From NCBI GenBank assembly GCA_964199315.1, contig OZ116712.1, forward strand, positions 6,386,001 to 6,450,000: 64,000 nucleotides of DNA, written 5' to 3'. Position numbers and translations under genes: made by a program. Under the pieces are notes generated by a model that did no database searches, had not been told where the DNA came from, and worked only from the letters and a program-made list of their open reading frames with translations. How positions within the stretch are numbered: position 1 is the stretch's first letter; the number at the start of each line of letters is the position of its first letter. Positions 36,701-51,700 of this stretch are shown here, one piece after another. This DNA is from Orbicella franksi (lineage: Eukaryota).

Positions 36701-39700
36701 ATCGCTTAGCGATCTTGGAACAGCAACACATCTCGCTTCTTTGAGATATGCTAGTGACTTACGGGTTTCCGGACTTAATGAAGTCCTTTCACCGCCAGGC
36801 GGGCGCAAATATGTGTCAAATAAGCGGACTTCATGCAACAGGCGAGGTTTCAACTTGTCTGATCGAAAGCTTGACGTTGTCTTGCGCGCCAAAATAATGC
36901 AAACGCAAGCTTACGTCACAACGTAGTTGAAGAAATTCATTTCCAGATCCCGTCTTTGAGCGAGTAAACTTTCCACTTTGTTTTGTACATCAGGCGAAAA
37001 AAACAAGGAATACAAACACAGGGCAATGTTTTCCTATTACGTTGGAGACCACATGCAAAAATTTGGGCGCTTTTGAACGAAAAAATCATTTTTCACCCGA
37101 AAAAGTCACTTACGTCAGTCTTGCACTAAGCCATTCAATTATCAGTCTAGATCTCAAATTATTCTTTTTTATGTGCCCATTTTAGGTGAACTTTCATATC
37201 CACGTTTGAGGGTCCTGCTACAATTTGACACTCAAGAGTTCTTGAATGTTCTTTCAATGGTAAGCAACATGTTTGTAGCTAACAGTTTGAAACGGTTTTC
37301 TCGCACATTTCTGAGTTAACAGTTCAAAGTATGAGTCTGACATTTTACCCCACTGACTTGTAGCATTTTTTGCCTTTGAATAGGCTATTGCAAAATCGAA
37401 ATCACCTGATCACCTGTTCTTCTTGCTAATCCTTTTGCTTGGTCAGTGTAACTTTAATGAACCTTTTGAATCTTACTGGCAGCTTCTGGCAGTAAACTTG
37501 TTTGATGTTTGCCTTTAGCCTTCAACCACCCCTTACATCAGGTGAAACATACATACATACAACCTTTATTTATACACGATAAAAGACGTCAAAGCTAACA
37601 AGCTTGTGGGGTCGTGTACTAATAAGATACATAAAATAACTACAATTAATAGATAAATAATTAATACAGTTAATATAACAACTATTCTATACAACCAACA
37701 GCTACTGTTAGCTGTTTTCAGGTGATTCGCTCGCTTGAACTCGGCATAGCTGGTGTTCAAATAGGATATACATGCATACATACATATACTTTTTGTTGAG
37801 GCAGGTTGGTTTGAGGCAACCTAAAGGCTGGTGGGGACCTGCCAGAAACTTAATTAAAAAACTATTTATAACAAAAACCTATTAATATATGTATACAGGA
37901 TTCTTCTAAATCAACTTGTATTTGTATTTCATCACAGGCTTTTGAGCGGAAAGATTTTGATGACGGTTTTGAGTAAGTTGTTTAGATGAGAATTTAGTAA
38001 TCGTAGATAGAACCATAAGGCAAATAGAAGTGTTATTGACATCACTGCACCATGTTTATTCGTATCTGGTAGACTTTGTTGATCATATGGAGTAAAACAC
38101 TTATTTGCTTTTGGTAATTTAGTTTGTCTTCAACTTACTTCATGCTTTTATCGAGGTATTCAACTATTTATCTTTTTATAACAGAAGTCTACGTAAACGG
38201 TTGTCATAGCGTAGCACTAAACAAGGTTACTTGATTCATCCGTGATTTTAGCGCTGTCACGCACTTACAGCTGATTTTCTATCAAACTGCGTGACAAAGG
38301 CGAAAGTTCATCACGGTAATTTTCATAGCAATAGTGTGGTGAGATTATTTAACTTTTCAGTGAAGCCAGTGTTGTCACGAACCGTTGCGCTTATGGTGGT
38401 TTATTTTAAGATTGCGTGACTTAGCTCGTCACAATATATTCATGGTGCTCACCAAGTGCTATCCCACTTGTATTTGCAGTGGCCCTACAGGTGTCACACG
38501 GAGGCAGTTCCTTGTAAATGTTCTTCTTGACGTTATGGTGCAAGATACAGGATTTACAGTACGTGTGCTTGTAGCTAAAAAAGAAAAAAACACACAACAC
38601 AAAACAAAACAGAACATATCTTTATAGTAATTTTTATCCGTGTGCCACAAGGTGCCAGTGGAGACGCGGTGGCCAAATGGTAAATGCACTGGACTCCAGT
38701 TCGAGCGGTCTGGGTTTGAGCCCTGACCGGGGACATTGTGTTGTGTTCTTGGGCAAGACACGTTACCCTCAAAGTGCTTCTCTCCACCCAGGGGTATATA
38801 CTAATACATGTATGGGTACTGGGGAATCTAATTCCGGGGGAACCCTGTGATAGACTAGCATTCCATCCAGAGGGGGCGGGGGGGGGGGGAGTATAAATAC
38901 TCTTAGTCGCTTCATGCTACAGAAACAAGGATAAGCTCCGACTGTATGGGTACGGGTCTGACGGAGACTTTTGTAAGGAAAAATGTACTATAAACGTTTG
39001 CCTGACTAACTTTCATTCTCGATATCGTTTGCTAATGACGAGATTAAAATTCTCCGAACTCAATAAAGATCGCACCATGTCCAGAGCTCTCGATGTTTTT
39101 TCTTTGCTTATTAAATTTTATCTTCTCTTTGATTGTACACGCAGCCAAGCCAAGTTGGATCGTTGTTCACCTTTCTAGCACGACAGATGGCTAAACACGA
39201 GAATAGAATAGAAGTAAACAAAGTGTTGTTCGAACAGGTAAGTGAATCATAAATCTAAGTGGAAAAGTAGATGAAACATTTCGTCAAAGCTTTAACTGTT
39301 GGCTCCTTGAGTCTTGTCATCAGTCTGCTTGACTAAGTATTGATTTGCATGAAGAAATTAACTGTCTTTGACTGAAGTGTTGCTTCTTTATAGGTTCTTG
39401 AATATCTGGCAAATCCTGATGACGATTCCAGACACGAGGAAAGACAACAGGTATTGTTCTACAGCTGGAATTCAACTGTTTCTCGCGCTACCAGTAATTA
39501 AGTGTACGTTGGTAAGCTCTGTAATGTACTCCTCAATATGCCTTGCTGATCTGGCTTTTTTTTTAAAGCTTAGATTTAGGAGTAAGGCCATACTTAATTA
39601 GCTTTGTTTGTCGCTAGGTGGCGAGGTATAACTGACAAGTGAAAAATACGGAAGCAAATGAAATAAAGTGTAAAAAAAAAAAAAAAAAATGAGTATTAAC

Positions 39701-42700
39701 TTATTGAAAATACCAACTGATGGGTACCTGCGGGCAGGGGTACCCTCGTTCGCCGTGGGAGAAATAACTGTTCGCAGGGTAACTGATTAGAGGCTGATCA
39801 GTTATTTACAAAGAGTGACCAAGGAGTTGAACCCACATCATACGGGGCAGCCTAGGAGACATCCTGTTTATAGCAGGATGAGCTGAATTTGAACCAAAAA
39901 CCACCAGTTTCAAGGCCAGCCATGTAAAACGTTCGACCACGCCGCCTTCGTTGCTCTCAGCTAAGCTCCTTTACACTACAATCAACATTTACATCACATT
40001 GACACAAGGCGTTAAACAGATTCTAACAATGGTGGTCTTTTATCTTACTCTGTTCTTCAGGCCTTGCTGGAGCTCTGGAATGCAGGAGGACTGAAACAGT
40101 TTGACGACGCCAGAATTCTGGTCCTTGCCGAAAATGCTAAGTTGTAAGTATTCGTCGATGATTTCTGTGCAGTTCACCTTGGATCTCTGGCTCATTGCTG
40201 TCGTTTGTTTCAGCTACCGAGTGTGTGAAATGCTGTACGAAAGAAAACGCCAATTCTCCAAGGTTCTGTCTTGTTACTTCAGGGATTCCCACAGAGAGGT
40301 AGGCACTGACGATCTTCGACGTATTAATTTGACTGATTGTCGAACGTTTCTTAAAGGGACTCAGTGGATGTATTTTGAGTTATTTTGGTCACGTACAAAA
40401 TTACCTTTAAATGGAAGGAAACCTGAAAATAATAGTTTACTAAGATGGAAAAACACCAAAGAGATAACAATAAACCATAAAGGAACAAAGATAGTAAAGG
40501 ATGGAGAAAGTTCAAATGGATTACAAACGACGAACTCGAACAATTCAAGGTGTACAGATCGTGACTTAACACCGTTAATGTTATTAGTTCTCAGAATTTG
40601 GTAGTGTATCGAGACGACGTAGGATAATTGATGAATTTCTTTGTTCTCATAACTTTTCTGCTTGGCAATATATTCATATTGTAAAGAGAAACTAGCAGTT
40701 GATCTCTCTTGAGGGGCTGAAGATGACCAATATTGCTTGTTGGCCTACTCGTTAGACTTTAGATCAGCAGTCCTTGTTAAGCCCTTTGTAGAGGAATGGT
40801 GCCTTCCAAGTTATTCTCTACAGAAATAATATCTGGTATACCGCAAAACTAACACGGTAAGAAACTCCTCCTCTTTTACAGCACCAAGTGTTCACTTATG
40901 TCCATGATGTGATGACGGAAGACGTTTACACCGATCTGGAGAGGGAGGAACTGAAGGAGGCCTCGCTTAATAGTTTACAGGTTGGTTATGTCAATGACGA
41001 TACGAAAAACCCTATAGACACTTAGCAAGATAACGTTTTATGCTACAATAATTATATTGGTCGCGATCCTCTTTATATTCATACCACCACATCAACGTTC
41101 TGCTCAACAGCTTTCATTTGAATGGTCACACACTAGGGTTTCATCCACTAACGTAAAAGTTAGAACCACTTTGTACAGCATAACAAACGGTACAACATGA
41201 AAGTACTGCTCAACAGTTTTTATTTGAATGGTCACACACTAAGGCTTCATCCACAGACTTAAAAGGTAGAACCACCTTGTACAGCATAATACACAACATA
41301 ACTCATTTATAATGTTTTAAATTTTCACTTTCAGAGCTTTCTATCCATTGACTGTGGAAAGACTGCTCACATGATTCTCACGGAATTTCCAGATATTCTG
41401 ACAATTGTCATTCGCCAACTCGAGGTAAGGATGTGTTGGAATCACGGATACAAGAAGCCGGTTGTACCAACCGAACAAGGTTGTTCTATTGTATCCGTGA
41501 AAAAGATTGGCAAATGTTAGCTTGGCCCGTAAAAACCTTTCGTGTTGTTAGTATTCTCGTTTGTGCTAGATCTAAGTCTGTGTTGCCCCAAAACAGTTTT
41601 TTTTGCAACTATCATTAGGCCTAGGACTACCACGCTAGTCTTGTTTTGAACTGAGAAATGCTTGGTTAAGGTTGCTCTCTTGTGATAACTCGAAAGTTTG
41701 TTGCTGCAACGTTTTGGTCTGATTTTTTTTTTTTTAATTTGACAAAAAATATTTAAAATGCCAGCTACTTTCTACCTGATTGTATGCATTTTTCGCTGCC
41801 ATCCACGATACCAAACACTTATCTCTTGTAGCAGAGTTCTTTGCCCTCTTATCTTCCCCTCTAAATTTGTTTCTGTATCCTCCCAGGGCCAAGCCACGGT
41901 GCAGTACGAGTTCCTGAAAGGCGTGTTCGATAATAAGTAAGCTTAAGACTTTCTTTTGTCTCCATAGTTTGGTTTGACTTTGTTCAGGAAGTTTAGCTTT
42001 AGAGCTGCGGGGTAGTCCGGCAGGGGTTGGGTTTGTTAGGGTTGTGTGTGGTCGAGAACCACACACACTGAGGGGGAGTGGAGGAGATGCTTCATTGAAT
42101 CCCGGAAGATCTTGGACCTTTAAAGACTTCCAAAGTGGTATTTCTTTTACCACCGAGAATGTGGCCAATCACAAGTGTAGAAAATGTGCTCTACTCGAAC
42201 AGTCAGCGTGGTTTATTAAGCAGATAAAACTCAGCAATATCCACTTTCATTGCTATCGACGTGCTCCCGTCTGTCTTCGTAGTTCAGTAGCTCATGCTAT
42301 GATTAAAATTATAATAATTGTTGTTTCTTGGTTCTTGTGGTGCCCAATTTCTATTGTTAGGCGTATCGCTTAGAAATGAAAGTCTCTGGGTTATTTTCAA
42401 TACGCGTTAATACTGCAGAGATAATTCTCTAACACTGTCTAGTTTCCAGCTTGTCTGGTACCAATATTGCGTGGCTGAACATTGCATCGCATTATTTGTA
42501 ATGCTTGCTAGTAGTAGTTCCTCTTATGGTGATTCCCCGGGCACAACACAATCGATTAATTGAAGGCAGAAACTTTTACTGTTGTATGTTAGGTCATCCA
42601 CAAGCACCCGCCCAGAGGACACGCCCGATGCAGAAGTACATGAGAAATACATCGAGTTGATGTGTAAATACCAGCCTGACTTGGTGCACAGTTACTTGAG

Positions 42701-45700
42701 GAACACAGAAAATTACAGACTGGAGGAAACACTTGCGGTATGGACAGTTTAATAACTTTCTTAGTTCCTTGCCCCGGAGTGGGGGATAGGGCCGGAGTTC
42801 AATAACTTAACATACTTTTTTATCTGTGTTTATAAGATTTAAGTTCATTCTCGGACACTTTCGTACGCTCTCGAGCTCTCTCGGACACTTTCGGACACTC
42901 TCGGTATGCTTGCTTACTTTATTTTTACACTTATTTTTTTAATTATCAGAATTACGAATAATTTTGGGTGGCTTATAACGAACTCCGTGGAAATGCAGTG
43001 GAAAAAAAAAAACAAAAACAAAACAAAGGCGAATGTCTAAACAAGGACAGTAAAAGGCCTTGGTAATTTACTTGAAGAGCTTCAGGTCGCAGTGGTTAGC
43101 TCAAAGATGATTATTTACAGCCGCCGTCTTCCTTATTTTGTAGATTGTTCGCCAATTTAATAACACATACGCTACAGCGTACCTTTTGGAGAAAGCTGGA
43201 GATATTCACGGAGCTTTCCAACTTCTTTTAGAGGTAAGAGTAACATCTCCATCACTCCTTGCCCGAGAACACACTTAGCCAGCGGGTTTCAGCTGTGGTG
43301 TTACTAAGCAACATGACGTCACCTTATGAGATGTCATGCTGACATGACCACTTAGAGTACCCGTATTTTTTGATTGGATAATAAGAAATGGAAACCATTT
43401 GAGTGCTGCAACGAAGATATTTCAATTGTTACATGTTTCAAGGAAAGGCCAGGTTTTAAAAATGTGTTTTTCTTCTCATGGGCATGAAAACTCCACGTTT
43501 ATTTTTAAGTCAGTAGAAAGATAATATTGAGTTGACTGCAGGTTTTTATAATTATGTACTTATGTGTACCTAGCAATATTCTTTCGCATGAGCTAGTCCA
43601 ATTGGGTAATGTGTGTTACGTTTTCAGACGTTGATAAAAAAAAAAAGTATACAGATAAGAATGATCTTGCCATATTTTAAAACACCAAGTTGTTGTAACG
43701 CGCTTACTTTGATTTGTATGCAGACCTTAAAGGTTAAAGTAAAAGTGCTCTGTGATGTTTTCGAGAAACAGGAATCTCCACCAGAAAACGGTATGTTCAA
43801 GCGTCCCCATGTTGTCCTGGATTAGTGAAGGTCCTTAAGCCCCCTTCTACACTACGCCCGAGAAATTTGAAAACGTAGGTTTATTTCTACGGTTAGACCT
43901 ACCGTCCACACTAATCTGCGTCACGAAAACAGAGCTTTTCAAAAACGCTCTTCAAACTGGAGGAATTTGAAAACGCCGGCCTTGCGTTTTAGTGTGGACG
44001 AATAACATTCTCAAAACGGAGCTTTTGGAAAATGATAAAGTGACGATAATCATGTGATTTTCCTGACCGAGGTTTCCTAAAACACAAATCCAAAATGACG
44101 GGTGATTGTTGCGTTTTCAAATTTCTTCGGCGTAGTGTGGACAGGAAACATGTGCGTTTTCAGAGTGAAAACGTCATTTTCAAATTTCTCCGGCGTAGTG
44201 TGAGCAGGGCCAAAGATTGTTTTACTCCGAAGGAAAGGAAAACACTTTTGTTGTGATACAATGCACATACAATTATTTCCTAATTTCATTTGCTACTATT
44301 TGATTACCCATGCAATTTTATGCAAGGCATGCAGTAACTTGAAATTCGATGCTTATCTTGTAGAAATCAGAAAACTCACGGCAAACGTCGAGGCCGTCCT
44401 GTTAGGAGTTATAATCCCTTTGTGCCAAAGAAACTCAGGGAGGCTTGAAGAAGCGGACAGAGAGGTAACATTTGACTCTTATTTCTTAAAACTTTATCTC
44501 ACAGTTGCTTTCTTTGCAGGAAGAAGGCAAAATAATTAATTAACAAATAAGTGATTAGATACAGCAGTTTACAGATTACTAACCAACTTGCTCGAGCTGT
44601 ACCGGGGAATATTGGCCCTCGGTCGGTCGTTTTTGTACGGACCTTGCTGCGCTCGGTCCGTGCTGCCACCTCGGGCCAATATTCCCCAGTACGGCCCACG
44701 CGCTTGGTTAGTAAGAGGTTAGTGTTTCAGTTCTCAAATGGAAGTTCATAAAGGTAAACAAACCACCGGGGTGAACTAGAATGTGTAGTTTTTTGATGTG
44801 TATATAGTGTTGTCTCGTGGACGCTGTGATAAATTCGGTTAGCGTTGACCCGTGTTTCTAGATTATTAAGTAAAAGTTCATTAATTTCATTTCTCTTTCC
44901 AGGCTTTGTGGTTTCCCCTCCTTGAAACTGTCATGGCGCCTCAAAGGAAGTGCAAGGATACAACAAGCGCTTATTTTCTAGGCGAGTAAAGAGGAGAATA
45001 TCTTCTCCATAGTCTTTAAATTCCCTTTACATACATATTTGAGTGATGGTCACGGCCAGGGCGGAGTCACGTGAATTCGACAGCATCCAGACGACATCTT
45101 CCTCTGCAGACATTTGCGTGAATCACGTGACAGTAAATTAGTCACGCAGGGCATTAGGCTTTGTGAAAGCTTCCACTTCTGATGCTTGCGTCACGACACG
45201 CAACTTACTTGATTTACGCAGCTTCTGCGTCGGAGGGTTCTCATGATTGTCTATTTTACCATGTTTAATTGTTTTCTTTTTTTTACCCAATGGCTACAGC
45301 TTTCAAGGATCAAACAAGACACGTCCTGAACAGCATGATGGGATACATTTCGTTACCGGCCATTCTACAGAAAATAATGCAGGTTGGTGTACTGTTTTAT
45401 TGTTCAACTTTTTAATCTGGTTTAATCTCCGTTGTGTGTTCTCTGCTTTATTATATATATTGGCCATGACTTTTTCATAAGTTCAAGAAGGTAGTACTTT
45501 CAAATACCTATTCAGAGCAGTAATTAAGTCTTGATTCACTTGTAGCCTTGATCTTTACACCTGTAACAAGCTAGTTACCTTTTGAGTGAATTGTATCAAC
45601 TATAGTGCAGTTTCCCTGTGACATCAAGGATCCAACAAACATACTCAGCCGTAACAGGTGTCACAGGTTACGGTCCTTATTGACACCCCTGCCTATTTAC

Positions 45701-48700
45701 AAAGTCAGGTCGGCTCGGATGGTGTGCAGCACTCTCTGTTCTTGTTCCGTGCGCAATGACCAAGAGCCAAGCATTTCCCTGTACGGACCTTGATGCAGTC
45801 CCCGTATGGACTTCAACCATTGTGCGGATTCGTCAACCCTGCGCCATTTCTGTTTACTATTTTACAACTCAGGCCTCGTCCACACTAAGCTGTAGGAATT
45901 TTGAAAGGCAGCTTTATTTCTACGGCTAGGCACTAATCCATCACGAAAACGGGGCTTTTCGAAAACGCTCTTTAAACTGGAAGAATATGTAAACGCTGGC
46001 TTTTCGTTTTCGTGTGGACGGAAAACATTACGAAAACGATGGGATCGCGATAATCATGTGATTTCCCTGACCAAGTTTTCTAAAATAAAATCTAAAATAA
46101 AATCTGAAATAACTGATGATTGTTGTGTTTTTAAATTCCTCCGACAGAAAACATTTGATTTGTTTTCAGAGTGATACCTCTGTTTTCAAATTCCTGCGGG
46201 GTGGTGGGGATGGAGCCTTGGTTATCTGTTGACTTATGTTCATTTTCCTTTTGTCTCGATGTAGGATCCCACATACAGCACGGGTAAATTTGGTGAAATC
46301 AAGGAACTTATTTTGGGAATGTTAGACACCTACAGCTATGAATCCGTAAGTGTATTTGATTACTTACAGTTCCTTATCACAACGTCAGTCACCAACAACA
46401 GTTCTTAAATTCGGAGCTGTCCTTACTCTGACGATGACACTGGACACTATCTATGTTTAGCAGCTTCAGTAGCAGCATCTTTCGTAATCCTCTTAATTTA
46501 GCCGTTGTGTGGGAGGCGTCATGGCGTCATGACGTCTCATCGAGTGGTCCGGGTTAGAGTCCTGGCCGGGAACATTGTGTTGTGTTCTTGGGTAAGACAC
46601 TTTACTTTCGCATTACCTCTCTCCACCCAGGTGTATAAATGGGTACCGGCGATTTTAATGCTGGAGGGGTGACCCTGCGATGGACTAGCATCCCATCCAG
46701 GGTGGAGTAGAAATACTCATAGTCGCTCCTTGCTACAGAAACCGGAATAAGTTCCGGCCTGATGGGCCACTTGGCTCGTATGCAGACTTTTACGCTAATT
46801 TAGCCGTAACTATTGCATTGCCCGTCACACAAACTCTTAGTTTATTTAAAATTAACTCGCAACTCTAACTTCTTTTGTTTCAGACCCTCTTAAAAACGAC
46901 CAACAAATTACTGGCGAGCGATCTGCACTCTTCGCTCAGCCATCTTAAAAATCAAACCAATCTTGGATTTGCACCCAAGTCTTCCCGGTGCGCCATCTGT
47001 CATAGACTCTTCACCGACGAACCTGTCAGCGGTCAACGTGATGACCTCATACTATTCAGGTAAGATGATACGTGGAGTAACTTGTTTCTTGTATACCCGA
47101 GATTCCGTTGTTAAATGAAGGTTTGCACAGAGAGTAAAGATCTGGCAAACCTTTGGAAATCTTGTATTTAACTAACTTTCGAGACTTAAAAAGAGCGTGG
47201 AAAATGAAGAAGACTGTCTTGAAACATGTTTGCTATTTTTTTCGTGTTTTAACTAGTTTTTTTGGCAGTGAAGTGTAAGTTCGTTCTTTTTCTTTTACGG
47301 AGAGTTAAGTATAGACTCGCTGATGAAACCAAGTCTAGAAAACACAGAGAATGGCTCGAGAAAAGTATGAACTTCGCAATGAGTTTCTATGTAGCATTTT
47401 TCCTGAAAAAATATTCTGAAGAAATTTCGACGGCGAGCATGAGATTGGAACAACAAACAAAAAGTAGTACAATATCGTGATAAATTGTCGTTTTCGGAAT
47501 TATTCGAGTAGAGAGATACAGTATTTACAGCAAAATTTGTGCATTGCCCACCAAACAAAATGTAAAACTCGTTTTAAGTTGCAAATAACAAACAGAACAC
47601 CCTCTATCAAACAAGTAACAAGTTTATTTAATAAGCGCTTATTCTAAAGCTCTATATTTCAAAGCTTGAATGGTCTATCACATCTGTATAACTGTTTCTG
47701 CCTCGAGCTAAAAATTTTAAGGTGGGCTTCCTCCAAGGTTTTATTTTTTATGTAATAAAGAACTTAACTTTATTTCACGAAAAGGGAAACTTTTAAAATT
47801 TGATGTTTCACTGGACTGTGATCTGTTCGTCATATTTTAAACAGTAACAGTGCCCTCGAAATCCAAACAAAGTCACTTAATTTTCAATTTTTTAAAGCTG
47901 ACCCGACGAAATATTCCCAAACTTGAAGCTTTATAAATTTTCAAACAGAAAATAATCTTATTGTGATAAGGATCGTCTCTCAAAGGAGGCGCGATACCAT
48001 AAATTTGGCTTGTTTTGCAGAGGGCGGCGACGAAATTTACCAAGATGTAAAATTTACCTGCTTACTGTATCAAACCAGACTTCAAAACAATAGTTTACCA
48101 AGTTGGAAAAACTTAAAAAATAGAACAGCGATGGTAAAAATTAGGGCACTATGAGACGGACACGAACAATGTACTTGAAAAATGTAATCTCACAGTTCCA
48201 AAAAGCTTCATACGTGACCTGGCTACTTTAGTTTAGTTGAATTTAATGACTGAGGAGTCCAGCCCCTTTATCATCGGGGAGGCTATTTGGAGGGCGAAGC
48301 AAACTAGGCGTTTAGTAATATATACACAGCAACGTGACAAGGTTCACTTGATCAGTATCCAGCGGCCCAGCCGCTCTTCCTAGGGTCGGATTTGCCTGTG
48401 AGTGTTCCATCCTTGTTTCTGGCCACGGCCTGCACGACTGCATAACCACTTACGTTCTTAACCTCGTGCCCAAGCTTTTGTAGTCCTTCTTGGATGGCGA
48501 GGGGCATGGGGTAATCTTTGTCAATGCGAATGTACATGGGAAGCAACTGATGATGGAGCCTGGGATCGACTACAGCTTGAGGTAGAGTTCGGTTGAACCA
48601 GAGGTAATTCATGGTGACCTGGAAACGAACGAAGAAGCAATTTCAGTGAAAAGACCATGAGATCGCTTCAGCGGACATTAAAGAGACTTACCTAAGACGA

Positions 48701-51700
48701 CAACAAGACTTCCAAACCTGTCTCCAAACATTTTCAATCTTGCCGGTGATTCTTCGAAAAACATAATTGTTTCAGTTTATGGTATTTCTTTTTTGAACAA
48801 GGCAAAGCTGAAAGTCGCAAGAATTCAGAGCTCGGTAACTTGCCATGTTTCCTTCAGTGATGTAATTTCCTACTCTACTACTATTGAAACACAGACGCTA
48901 CCCATAATTCACGACCTCACTTTGACGAATCGTTAACGCCTGAAGTAGGCCGTTTCCGAGTTGCCTTTTGCCTCTGTGTCAAAACGAGTCTAAGTGCGAA
49001 ACCATTCGTATGAAAATGAGTCCCGCCTACTGGTTCAGTCTCGTGCAAATCAATCTTATTTTCATAACACTGGTTTTCGCACTTAGACTCGTTGTGAAAC
49101 AGAGGCACAAGAGAACTCGGAAATGGCCTATTAATATCCCTTTGTCAACTTTAAATCAGAGCGGTTTTCAATTGAGTGTCGAAAGTGATCAGAAAATTAC
49201 TTTGGTTTTGGTTTTGGTTTTACTATGGTTTGAGATTGGCTGAGTAGTCTAATTGGTAAGTAATTGGTTTGGTTTTGCTTTACGACACTCAATTGAAAAC
49301 CGTTCTAGCAAAAAACGCAGTGAAACCCTATGACTTCCATACAAAGTTATACTGTAACCATATAAGACTCGGACTTAAAAAGTCCTGTGAGCAATTGGAT
49401 GAATGCTTACTAAAGAAATAGCAGTGGTTATTTTCGTTCCACCAGATGCTCCGATAACTAAGCGAACCACGCCGTCCTTGTCCAGAAATATCGTGGGAGC
49501 GGTGGAAGACTGGGGCCGTTTTCCAGGGTAGATCATGTTTGATTCAGACGGTTCCACTCCAAACGCGTTCTTTTCACCTGGAGTCGAAAAATCGTCCATC
49601 TCGTTGTTGTAGATAATGCCAGTCCTGGTAGATCGATATTTCGATCCAAAGCTGTAAATAAGTTGAATTTCGGTGTGTTAAAAATGGTGTTTACACGATA
49701 CCTGTGTGAGATTACCCGACTATGGGCTTCTGTTTTTGAAAGCATTTGACAAGAGCTTTGCATTCCGCGAGGTGTATGTGAAGAACTATTATCGTCTTAA
49801 CATTCTGAATCATTCCAGATGCATGTACAAACAAGAACAGAGTACACAAAGCACACCCTATTTTACGCTGAAACGGCCCAAAAATCATATCAGAATACAC
49901 CTAAATACAGTCATTTGCAAAAAGAAGGCTCGAGGACTCGTCGTTCAGAAGTTCGTTTTGGCCTTTGTTCAATGCTACCTTGTGTTTCCCTCTCCCCTTG
50001 ATATTTCTGTCAGAATTTCAGGATTATTGTGACATTATGCAATATTATTGCATAATCTCATATAGCCATCGAGCCGTGTTGATGGGGTTGAGGGTTTTTT
50101 TAATGACAAACCTATCGGGCACAAATTGGAGGTCAGGTTACTCAGTTTCTTTCCTTCTTTCTGAAATTTTACGGAGTCTCCCAACTTTCTTCAGTTGATT
50201 GTAGTTTATGTGAGAAAGTAACCCGTCCTCAAAACTACTGAAGTCCATCCACTACTGTACAAAAATTTAAAAAACAGTAACTTTATATGGTGAATACAAT
50301 AGTGGTGCCCCAGTAGCTTACATTGTGACCCTTTTAAATAGACAAACAAATATTGCTAATAAACACAAACTTGATAAGGTAGTCCAAGTTGGCTATTTAC
50401 AAGACTTGGATGAGTTGAATTGGGGACCACCGAACACAAATCCTTCCAGTGGCGAGGGAAGAGGATTTGAACCCGGGACCTTCGGATGACAAGCTCAACG
50501 CCCTAACCACTAGGCCACGCCGCCTACTATGTTCAACATCATGAAAGATATCTTTTTGTAAAACATCTGACTGACTTACTAGAGATTTATCGTCATGGTG
50601 GCAGAAACAGCGTCGCCATTTTCTGCGATCACAGACAAGTGGGTAGTTCCCTGCTGACTGGAGTTGAGATAGAAGTCGCCATAGTACGTGGAATCATTGA
50701 ATGCTTTGTTGTCCCAAATGTTCTGGCGTAGAGATTCGGCAAAGTCGGCGTTGGTCATGTTCTTAACAATCTGTCATATGAAATGGTCACAGTTTTGTTA
50801 GCAGTAAGTACTCGTCCGGGGAGCAGTTTTTTTAATGGCTCCATCCTCTTCTCCCCACCCTTCCCTGTGCTACACCCCTAATGGAATGGCCCATACCCGT
50901 CCACGAGGTGAGTCTCTAGTTTGAACCCTACCCAATGTTGTTATACTTGTGTTCCTGGGCACAATTCTGTGCTGCTCTCCAGCCATGAGTCAGGTGCCAT
51001 CTTGTTAAGATGGCTGCTCTTTCTTTCTAACCCAATATGGTTACTACCGTACCCAAATTCGCAATAAGCCAATCAGAAGCCTTGTCTACTTTTCTGATAT
51101 GCTGAGACATCAAGTCAATGACCTGATATGGCTACGATAACTTGGTGACTTGCCCAAATTTGGGTACGCTAAATACGCAATCGTACCTTTTTAGTACGCT
51201 TCGGCGGCATACCAGGCTGCACTCAAATACAAGTCTGATTTCGGTCTCTGTTGCATTTTGTAAACTTTCAGTCAATGCATCGATTTGAGATTTCGGCTGG
51301 AAAAGGTAATAGCAAGCCAAGAAATGCAATATCTTCAGTCGCAAAAATATATTTAAAAGCATTCAGAGTACCTCGGTAACATTGGCAAAGTCCTCGTCAC
51401 CCAACAACGCTCTGTAAGCATACGCAAACTTGAACGCTTCCACTATTCTGTGATATGTCAGGACTGAGTTGTTTAGACCTGCTCGATCGTGAGCCGTCAT
51501 GTTATATCCTGGAAGAGAAGTAACAAAACGTAACACAGGGTAAAATTCAAGGTCTAATATTTAAGGGACGGTGCCCCAGAGTGAGATATTGTTTTAAAAG
51601 GTGTATGATAGTACACCGCAATTGGCTCATTGCTGATATCTTTTGGAGGTTATTTCTTAAAGGAGCTACGTCACGGTTTGCACATCTCGAAAAGTTTAGC

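Noticed and set aside
47060-48350. VPS8 terminal exon immediately after exon 49
   Set aside because: No C-x-H RING continuation in any plus frame here; the continuation is at 58814.
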